64,000 bases of DNA from Microbotryum violaceum (lineage: Eukaryota): positions 682,001 to 746,000 of the forward strand of contig LN717261.1 in assembly GCA_001244265.2 (NCBI GenBank), in the 5' to 3' direction. Made by a program: the position numbers and the translations under genes. Positions 40,984-64,000 of this stretch are shown here, piece after piece; position 1 is the first letter of the stretch; every line of letters starts with the position of its first letter. Under the pieces are notes generated by a model, which did no database searches, was not told the origin of the DNA, and saw only the letters and a list, made by a program, of their open reading frames with translations.

Positions 40984-43900
40984 ATGGCGAGTGAAGCATC
41001 GTACACGCGCGTCAGCCTGCATCACATGCAGGCGAGACTAGACGCGTCGTCGCCTCCCACCCGGCTCCAAAGCTGACCTGTTCCAATCCGCTTGCTTCCA
41101 CCTTGCGCAGTCGGCGCCACCTTCCTCCGCTCAAAAGCGAGGTCGTCCCTCTTCCCCAACCCGACAATCGTCCCCTACTGGACCCATCGAGGCACGAGCA
41201 GGGTCACCACCCCCTTCATCGGCTCCTCCCTCGTCATTGCCCGCGAGTTCGCCGCCGCCTGGCTTTAGTGATTTTGATGATGATGTCGAGGAGGATGGCA
41301 TCCCGCTCGATATGACCGATGGTGAGGAAGGTGACGGCGAAGACCTTTTCGGCGAAGAGATGGGAAAGTGAGTACTCGACTGCGTTGATACTCAGACCCT
41401 CGTCGTGTCTCGATGGAAATTGATCTCTTCATCCTCGCGCGCACACGGCTTAACAGCGATTACGTCGAGAACAACCGCCTCGATCGATACGATGCCGGCG
41501 ACCTGAACGACGACGAAGACTTTTCCGACGACCCCGATGCGCGTCACGCTGCCGAGGCCCAGATGGCGAACCGTGATCGACGCTTTGCGCGCCAGCAGGG
41601 TGGCCAACGCCGGCGGCAACGTATGCCCGCTTTCCTCGCGAGTGACGAGGAGGACAGTGAGGACGAGAACCGTCTTCTCGGCCAGCGCCGTGTCAGGCGC
41701 AACTACGATGAGGAGGCGTTTGAGGATGATGCTGTCGAAGAGGTAAGCTAGCCCGGCTCGCAGGAGAGTTCTCTTCACTGAACCGAACTCATCTTGCTTC
41801 GGCTGCTCTGCAGGAAATGCCCATCGAGCAATTGGCCGACATTCAAGCCGACTCGATTGCTCAGTGGATCGAGGACCCTCGTGTCCGCCGCACCATCATG
41901 CGCGAGTTCAAGTCCTTCCTCATGACCTACACCGACCCCCAAGGTGTCTCGATCTATGGTCAACGTATTCGCCAGCTCGGTGAACGTAAGTCACACATCG
42001 CGCGCGTTCTTACTTTGGCCCTCTTGACCGAATTCTGACGGACGACTCGTCTACCCTATAGTCAACTTGGAATCGCTCGAAATTTCCTTCGCCCACCTCG
42101 CGGATTCCAGGGCGATCCTGTCCTACTTCTTGGCCAACTCCCCTTCCGCCATGCTCCCCATCTTTGACGAGGTTGCTCTCGATGTCATCTTGCTCTTCTA
42201 CGTCGACTATTCTCGCATCCACGCCGAGGTTCACGTCCGCATCACGAACCTGCCGACCTCGTTCACGCTTCGTGATCTGCGCCAGGTCCACTTGGATGCC
42301 CTCGTCCGTGTCGCTGGTGTCGTCACTCGAAGATCGGGCGTGTTTCCTCAGCTCAAGTACGTCAAGTTTGATTGTGGACGTTGCGGTGAAGTGCTTGGAC
42401 CCTTCTATCAAGAAGTAACGACCGAGATTCGCATTAGCTTCTGCTCGAGCTGCGGAGCCAAAGGGCCTTTCAATGTCAATTCTGAGCAGGTCAGTCCTTT
42501 GTAGATATTGTGCTGGGCTTATCTGCTCGTGCAATCATGCTGACTTGCTCTTCCGCATCTCCAGACCGTCTACCGCAACTACCAAAAGATGACGCTGCAA
42601 GAATCGCCCGGCTCCGTTCCCGCCGGTCGCTTGCCTCGTCACCGTGAGGTCATCCTGCTCTGGGACTTGATCGACTCGGCCAAGCCCGGAGAAGAGATCG
42701 AAGTGACGGGAATCTACCGCAACAACTTTGACACGTCGTTGAACGTTAAGAACGGCTTTCCCGTCTTCTCGACGATCCTCGAGGCAAATCACATCAACAA
42801 GAAGGAGGATCAGTTCGCCTCGTTCCGTCTGACGGAGGAGGACGAGACGGCGATCCGCGCGTTGTCGCGCGACGAGCGTGTCGGCAAGCGCATCATCAAG
42901 AGTATCGCGCCTTCGATCTACGGCCACGAGGACATCAAGACCGCAATTGCCTTGTCGCTCTTTGGTGGTGTACCCAAGGATATCAATCGCAAACATCGCA
43001 TTCGTGGTGACATCAACGTGCTCATGCTCGGTGACCCCGGTACGGCCAAGTCGCAGTTCCTCAAGTACGTCGAGAAGACGGCGAACCGAGCCGTCTTTGC
43101 AACGGGTCAAGGAGCTAGTGCCGTGGGTTTGACAGCGAGTGTCCGAAAGGATTCGGTCACGCGAGAGTGGACGCTCGAGGGTGGTGCGCTCGTGCTGGCC
43201 GACAAGGGTGTGTGCATGATTGACGAGTTTGACAAGATGAATGACGCCGATCGGTAAGTGCCGATGGGAAACAGTTTGAGTGTGCAGGAGCTGACATAGA
43301 GGCAAAACATCGGTTCAGAACCTCGATCCACGAAGCCATGGAACAGCAGTCGATCTCGATTTCGAAGGCTGGTATTGTGACGACGTTGCAGGCCCGTTGC
43401 GCCATCGTCGCCGCGGCCAACCCGATCCGAGGTCGCTACAACCCAACACTCCCGTTCAGCCAGAACGTCGAGTTGACGGAGCCGATTCTGTCGCGTTTCG
43501 ATATCCTCTGCGTCGTCAAGGATGCGGCTGACCCTGTTATCGATGAGATGCTCGCCAAGTTCGTCGTCGGAAGTCATTTGCGCAGTCATCCCGAATTTGA
43601 CCCCGCCGTGGACGAGGTGCAGATCGCGACTGCGCTCGACCTGGATGTGAGTGTGCCCCCATCTGATACAATGAGTGCATCAGGTCCAACTTGCTGACTG
43701 AATACCGTCCAATCGCGAAATAAACAGCTCATCCCCCAGGACTTGCTGCGCAAGTACATCCAATACGCTCGCGATCGCATCAAGCCGCAGCTGCACATGA
43801 TGGACCAGGACAAAATCTCCAAGCTCTACTCGGAGTTGCGCCGCGAGTCTTTGTCGACGGGGTCGTACCCGATTACGGTGCGACATCTCGAGTCGATGAT

Positions 43901-44309
43901 CCGTATGGCCGAAGCGAGCGCCAAGATGCACCTACGCGAGTACGTGCGCAGCGACGATATTGACCTCGCGATCCAGGTCATGGTAGGATCATTCGTGTCG
44001 GCACAGAAGTCGTCGATCAAGCGGCAGCTCGAGCGAGGGTTCCGCAAGTACTTGCGCGTCGCGACCGATCACGAGGAGGTGCTCGCCTTCTTGCTTGGGC
44101 AACTCATCAAGAACCGCGTGCGTTACCTCACCGTGCGCAACGGACAAGCCCCGGCGAGCGTGGTGATCAAGGTCGCCGATTTCGAGACGCGTGCCAAGGA
44201 GTTGGAGATTTACGACGTCGAGGCCTTCACCAAGTCGGCCTTGTTCCGCAACAACGGCTACACCCGTCGCGATGGCGACATTACCAAGTCGTTCTCGGAC
44301 GAGATTTAG
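40984..44309 (+). CDS. MCM2: DNA replication licensing factor MCM2, multi-exon
   Basis: N-terminal [56 protein letters not shown]; Walker [23 protein letters not shown] arginine finger; [22 protein letters not shown]. Confidence 0.97.
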
Positions 44310-47300
44310 ACGGTGGGGTTCGAGGAAAGACGGAAGTTTGTGGGTTTGGAAAGTGACCTTGGCCATCTATGTAGCTTCAATATGTTCCTAGTTCGGGGGA
44401 TTTGTGTCTGAATCTTTTGGGACGCTTAGCTGCGTTCTTGTAATGCTGTAACACGTTTCTCCATCCCACCCCCTTGGCGAGTACCCCGTGACCAAGTGAC
44501 CAAACCAAGGGGCGCTCCGAGCAGGACTTCCGCGCCCTCAGCTCATACACACCTGGCGCAACGAAATCTTGAGAAACATTGTTTCACGTTTCAAGACACA
44601 TTTTGCGGTATTATTACACTGGAGCAGAAGTAGACATCCTGTGATGGGTACATTGTACGTGATATGATTGGCCGCCTCGACTCGGACCAACCAGAAACGT
44701 CTGCGACTTTGTGCATCTGTAGGCTTCTTTCTGTAGGCGTGCGCCGACCCAGATCGGCAGGTCCATTAAGCCAGCCAAAAAAACTCGTGCGCGCACGCGC
44801 GATAAGGCAGCTTTTCTGTTTTTTGGCCCGGGGAGAGCTTGGTAGACCAATGGTGTACCATTGCTCCCCCCTCCTCGCACACTCTGGCACGGTGCACCTC
44901 TCTGGGTGTCCTTTTCCCACGAGCCCTGAAGCGAAAGCTTATTAGCTAATCGTGGTTAGAGTTATTCTTATAGACAATACCAATCTTCCTATACCAATGT
45001 TCCCAAGAGTCGAATTCGGAACCGAAATGCGATATAGCTCTTGTACCCAATACCACCTGCTGACGAGATGAAGGATACAACCAATGCACAGGTAAGACAG
45101 CTGCTGTATTGACCTTCTGCCCCCCCCCCCCTCCTCCTAGTTTTCTGCTTCTCTTCACTCACGACTTACTACCCCTGTTTTTTTCTTTAATAGAATTCAA
45201 CAGCAGTACAATCATAAAAATACCTAAAAACCTTGGGAAAGGCTGGAGCGAATGCAGTTGAGCACACTGACTAGTAGGCCAGCTTCGGAGCTTCGGATCT
45301 CGAAGATGGGAGTTTCCTTTTGCCGAGTCACCTCAGCTTGGGCCCTACTGGGTCTTAAGGGTATTAATGGTGAAACCAAAAAGCTGACTGGTCACTTGCT
45401 GTGAAGTGTATTAGATATTAAAAGATGTGGCTCACAGTTCGCTCCCGCACTTTGAAGCTTTGACCTTGGCCCAAGTACGTGCACATCGACGTGTCGACGC
45501 ACACTGGGTGACTAAATGCTCCTCAAATTGAGTCGGACCAGGTTGATGATTGGTCCCACTTCTTGTTTCATGTTCCTGTTCTTGTTCTTCTGCAATGATC
45601 GATTGGGAGCGATCTTACACCTTGTCCAAACACGACCTCATCGCTGTCTCGCGCCTCGCATCTTAACCAATGATCATTTTGTGATTGTTCCGCATCTCGA
45701 TAGTTGACACAAAGCACACAAGGGGACCACACCGGTGACATTTCCGATAGGACGTCTCAGAATATGGGTGTGTAGCTCATCATTCTCTCATCACCTGATT
45801 GTGTCTTATTCTCTGAAGTGCGACTTGACTTCTGACAAATCGCACTTTTCACAATGCATGCATGACCAGGGACTTCTCGCTTGACCCTCAGCTGCGCACC
45901 CAACGCAGCATCGGACAGTGCAGTAGAAGGCTGTGGGCAAATTGATGGGAAGTGCAATACAGAGGGCGACTGGTAAATCTCAGGTTCTATCTGCCATGTG
46001 GAAACCCGAGTATTTCAAGACGATTTCGATCGCAATGTTGACCACCGGTGGATTTTCCCCGCGTCGGGTACCCTGACTCAAAAACCTAGTCACTTTCAGT
46101 GCCACTACAGTACGATCTGGTGATGACCCTCGTTCTTACAAAGAAGATTTCAAGCAAACAAAACCGAGGAGACCGATTGAGATACCACCAGAACTGTCAT
46201 CTGCAAAGGCTGCGTTGGTCGACAGTAGAAACAGTCGGAGGCCAGCAATAGCTCGCAGGCCACTCGTGCACTCTGATGCGAGGAGGAATGGTAGAGTACG
46301 AAGAACAACATCGTGATCCTGACTCAATGATGTTCGTTCAGGTGTTTACACCCCACTTTTCTGTCCATAGCTAACTCCGAGCTTCTGCCTTTACGATATA
46401 ACAGTAGTACATGTACCGGTGAGAGCACGCAACGGATCGGGTCACACGGCAGAGAGCACATGAAAGGCGCAGGTGTGATTGGCATCAAAGTCACCTGTTT
46501 CTCAGCACCGGGACAGATATCATTGGTGTATTGTCAAACTCATTCCTCTTTATCAAACTAGAATGAGTTCAATCATACACGAACATCCTGTCAGGGGTAT
46601 TAAGTGCGTCGTCATGTATCTGAAATGTCGAGAGTCCGATAATGTCGACGCAAATGTACAACTGTCTTACTGGCTGCGTGGCTTAAAGTGGCCAAGACAT
46701 CACCATTGAAAAGCACCGAAAAACAGATCGAGTATGGGACCAGATTAGCCTTCGTTCGAGTACACATTAGAGTGTGGGGATAAATGGAGTCTGATAATTA
46801 GCAATGTGATCTCTGCTGAGATCTCAGGAAGTATCAACAAAGACCTGGCACGGACTTCGGGCATCTGACTGGCCTGACTGCGCACGCTATAAACACCAAA
46901 CGCAATGGCGGAAATTTGAAAGCGCACTAACTAAGCGCAGCCAAGAAGAATTCCCGCTTATCTTATGGCCAGTAGCAGAGAGCTTTCCTTCTGTATCTCT
47001 AGCTGACCTGTTAGACCTCCCGCTGTCGGCACTACTGCTGGGCAGTAACCTTTTCAAGCGGGCTAGAGCGCATTTAGGCGGTAGCCAACCCCTGTCAGCG
47101 TTGGTTGCCTCTCGGTCGTATGGTTGCTACTTTGCATTCCCTGCACTTCCGAGGGAAGGGAAATATTTTATGACATGAAGAGACACTAGTCAATGTAAAG
47201 GCAAAAGCACGCGAGCGCTCGCATCATCTGTTTGGATTGAGGCTTTTGGAACAAGAGTCTTCGATTCCAGACAGCCATTAAAAATTTCCCAAGTTTTGTC

Positions 47301-48383
47301 ATCACTGCCATCATCTTCCGTATTGAACTCCCACTCCTCAAGCACAAATGCACCGTTGTCTGTGGCGTCGATAGAGTAATGACTCAAATCGTCGCTCGAA
47401 TGATCACTCATGTCAAAGTCAACTCCTTCGTTCGTGTTGTCGTCCGTCTCATCAATCGTGTCACCAGGGCTGCGGGCAAACGAAGTCAAATCCGGCAGGC
47501 CATCCGCTGTCGTTTGCTCAGCGTCATCGGTACACCAAAGCCGAAGCGCCACGCACCCTCCATCTGTTGTTCGCCCGTGTCATGGGTGCACTGCCACAGG
47601 TAATAATCAAGGCTCGGGATCGATGGCTCCGATGGAGGGGGCTCCGAGTCGGTCGACGTGTCGGACGCGGCCTCGTTGGGTTGCCGTGAATACTGTGGTA
47701 CTCGGATCCGGTCGCATCCGCTATTTCAACTTATCGAGGCTAATAGAAGTCGTAGCGGCAGTAAGTTCTGGACTTGAGCGTCTCGACGACGAGTCATTCC
47801 CGGCGGCCACACGAGGAGGGAGGCTAAAGCCCGCTTACGGGAGGGAGAGGAAGAGGATGTGCTTTCGAACGGGCCTTCACTTTTGCGCCGCAAAGACTCG
47901 GAAAATGACGAGCATTGGGAGGCAGGATTTGGAAGGAAGACCGAGCCCGATATGCGGAGGAAGCGGTGAAGGGGAATGAACAGAAAGCAGCGGTTTGAAC
48001 TGCCGGGACGTTTGAGGGGAGTTTTCTTCTTGTTTTCAGAAAAACTTCCAGGATCCAATACAACTTTTTCTTGTCTCTCACTTTTTGCGTGTTTCAAGTC
48101 TCATTTGGCATCGTCTCCAGCCTCCGACCTCAGCGTTTTGTTCTCGAACTCGGTCTCGCTTCTCGATTCTACCCCCACTGCAGTCTCTCGTGTCTCTCGC
48201 CTTGGCGTCTTAAAGCTACTAGTCATACCTTAGCCTTTTATTATCATATCATCTTTGATCGTTATACCATAATGCGAGCAGCGTAGCCGGAGGATTCTAC
48301 AGACGCCTCACTCTTTGGGGACAAGACTGGCTCCTTTTCTCGTTCTCGCACGGGCCATGGCCTCATGGCATCTTGTTCTTTTT

Positions 48384-53162
<4,779 letters not shown>

Positions 53163-53439
53163 TTTTTCTCTTTCTTCTTCGCCCCATCCTCTAGCCCCGT
53201 GGTCGCCCCGCTCTCGATGATCGCGTCAGCCTTCTTCTTCTTCCTCCGCCTCGTGAATTTCTTACGCTTGGTCTTGGTGTCTTTTTCCTACTAGGGACGC
53301 TGGATTTGCTTGTGGTAGTGGCGATGTGTGTCGCAGGGAGCCCATGCTTGAAGCGATGCCGATGAGTGCAAGGCGGTGGGGGAGGGTTGAAGCTTGAAGG
53401 TGCCGGCCGGCCCGTTCTCGGTCACTGGAGGCCACGTTT

Positions 53440-55674
53440 GACTCACGAGGACCGACGAGATTCCAGTGAATGACGCAAGAAGGTCAAAGTTATTCTGGGC
53501 GAAAGTCTTGACGACTCGGACTCTCGGAGGACGTACCCCCGGCCCGTGCAGATCGAGGCCATTGCTGTACTTTTCAAACTCAACCAATTTGGGAACCGGG
53601 ATCGATATGACGCTGTGTCTGTCACAGCTCGAACAAGTTCAGGCAAAAGTTTTATTTTCGAAGCAATGTATCTCATTTATGGACGCCGGGCCGTCAGCAT
53701 TGTTGTCAGTCCACTAAATGCACTGAGCAATCATCCGGTGAGTTTTTCTGTCGACTGGGCTTGCTGGACCAACATCCGTGCTGATTTCCGCAGTCACATG
53801 CTTCTTTCAGGCCGCCAATCACAATCGAAAGGGAAAGAAAGCGGTTGTGGTATCTGAGGAGGCCTGGGGAGACGGCGAGCTGTACAGGCAGTTGGACGAC
53901 CCCAATCACACGATCTCCTTCACTCTGATCGTATGTGCCGGTTGACCTCCTGTTTGAGTGAAGCACACATGTGTTGATTTGCCTTCCTGTTTGCTGCGTG
54001 TCAAGTCTCCTGAAATGCATATCAACAATGCAGCTTGGGCAAAGTTGATCTCTAAGGAGTCCTTTTGAGAGCGCGTCAAGTTGCCCGTCTATGACAAGGA
54101 CAGGGGGTGGTGTGCATCGAGGACCGCGAAGACTGAGGCCAAGATGAGGAACCAGTCGAGCAAGCGCTCGGTATATCTGAACTTTTGAGCCCGGTTGTAA
54201 ATGACGAGTCGGATTGGGGAGTTGGGAGGAGATGCTGGAGATTACTCGCGGTAAAGATGCTTGATGTGCAGAGTAGGCTCGAAGGTTGTAAGCGCCGGCA
54301 ATATCTCCGTTCTGAATGTTGGCGTAACCAAAAGTTCCATGAAGCAGCTCGGTTCGTCGATCCAATTGCTAATCGTTGACGTGATGTGTGACGTCAAAGT
54401 TGTCAACGGTCACATGGAAGTATTTGTTTGAGCCCTCTTTCGCCTTCGTCAAGCTCGCAGCTGCCTGGAGAGTCGCCCAGCGATATGTCAGTCGTCAAGC
54501 CGCAATCGTACAGAAATGTTGTCAATCGGTCGTTCGCTCCAGTGCGAGAGTCATGAGACCTTTGCGATGCTGCGTTGTTCCTTCGGTTGCAAGTGAATGC
54601 GATCTGACCCATGACAATGCGGTAAAGCTACGGTAAAGCTGCGGCCAGCGTGTTGATTTTTGGTGTCAGTTCGCTGCGATATTCGCTGAATTTTGTAGCC
54701 GCGATCTCTCGCTATGTCAATACCTGTCATGGTACTTCAGCCCATCCACACGATTTGAAAGCCTTCAAACACACCGAACAAAGCTGTTCATCAGCAACTG
54801 GTCCAACTTTAAGCGTGTACTTGTTCTCATTCTACGACTTGCACGCGAGGATGGCGCAGAGTCAAGAACTTAAAGCCAACTCAATTAATGACTGGATCGC
54901 CGAGCAGGTGGACAACACTTCGTACTTCTCGGATTGATTCTCCGGATTCAATAAAGCTACTGAATACTTGCCTTATTCGCCTGCAGGCCGACTCAATCAT
55001 CATTAACGAGATGAAGCGTGAGTGTTTCTGACCCTAGCTTGGCTGGGTATCGCCTCGCGGCGGTTGTTCTGGCAAGTTGATGAGGTATGGCGTCTGCTTG
55101 TTCGCGTCATTTTTGGTTTCAGATATTGTCGCGCTTGACGTGGCCGACGATCCTCGTGAAAAGAGGAGAACAGCGAAGCGCACACAAGGGGATCAAGCCG
55201 AACGGAGCAGGCTCGCCGATGATAGCGACAATTACACGATGCGCTCGGACCATCTGAGGCCCGATCGACCGAAATCGCAGACTTCGGATCGTTGTAGCTC
55301 CACCCACAGCTTATGAAAGATCTCGCCACTTGGGGTATGTCTTTTCTAGAAAACAAAGAAAAATAGTAGCCCTCACTTTTGCATGAATGCGCCTACTTGC
55401 CAAGTTACAGAGAACCACCCCAAAATGGCCCTGAAATTTCGGGCTCGTACCCATGTCGGGGTGGGAGGAGAGGAAAAGAAAAGAAAAGAAAAAGAAAAAA
55501 AAAAGGGGGAGGGGGGGGGGGGGGGGGGGAAAGGAGAAGAGGGAGGGAAGAGAAAGAAAGAGAAGAAGAAGAAGAGGGAGCTCGAGGGGAAGGTGAAAAG
55601 GAGAAAGAGAGGAAGTGGTACGGAACAATTCATTTTGACGCCATACATCATATTACGCAGGTATTATGAAGCTA
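53440..55674. mobile_element. Internally deleted AcademH-like transposon: RecQ-type helicase fragment (+) converging on a DUF6589-like transposase fragment (-)
   Basis: Plus strand: PRPVQIEAI..ARTSSGKSFIF..SIVVSPLNAL (SF2 motifs Q, I, Ia). Minus strand: IAFTCNRRNNA..DRLTTFLYDCGLT and VTVDNFD..LLHGTFGY. Ends ..TTATGAAGCTA at 55674. Confidence 0.72.
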
Positions 55675-55699
55675 CAAAGTTGTGACACTTCTTTTGATG

Positions 55700-58492
<2,793 letters not shown>

Positions 58493-58535
58493 CTATGAGA
58501 TCAAGATTGCAGAAGGAAGACAAGAGCGATTTCTA

Positions 58536-58727
<192 letters not shown>

Positions 58728-58739
58728 TCACCCCCGGGT

Positions 58740-63998
<5,259 letters not shown>

Positions 63999-64000
63999 AC

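Noticed and set aside
55465-55615. Lys/Glu/Gly-rich and Phe/Pro-rich ORFs
   Set aside because: Translations of a purine/homopolymer tract near the AcademH end, with no protein signal.

Overview
Eukaryotic, intron-containing fungal DNA, most consistent with a basidiomycete of the Microbotryomycetes (inference from gene structure, TE content and TCG-biased mutation). Five host genes sit as islands in nested transposable elements: an RBM26/27-like PWI-CCCH-RRM gene, RPL20 (eL20/L18ae), a two-LIM CRP-like gene, an Ish1/Msc1-like gene ending in HQEL, and MCM2. The TEs are a degenerate Plavaka transposase between TAG-type (AcademH-like) ends, a deleted Helitron, two Kyakuja/KDZ elements with long imperfect TIRs and cargo, and a CACTG (EnSpm-type, Transposase_21) element with ~390-bp TIRs. 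There are also two near-identical full-length Ty1/copia copies plus a solo LTR, an internally deleted AcademH (RecQ helicase + DUF6589-like transposase), a DUF6729-like/3'-5' exonuclease element and a chromodomain Ty3/gypsy. Most notable: (i) matching inverted subterminal repeats at ~130-190 and ~10565-10610 bracket a Plavaka gene plus two host genes, a possible ~10.5-kb cargo-carrying element; (ii) both 'intact' copia copies carry K instead of the catalytic integrase E and have reciprocally swapped LTR haplotypes despite intact TSDs; (iii) the gypsy has a Tf1-type self-priming PBS. Domain names come from motif recognition by eye, not database searches, and boundaries of degenerate elements are approximate.
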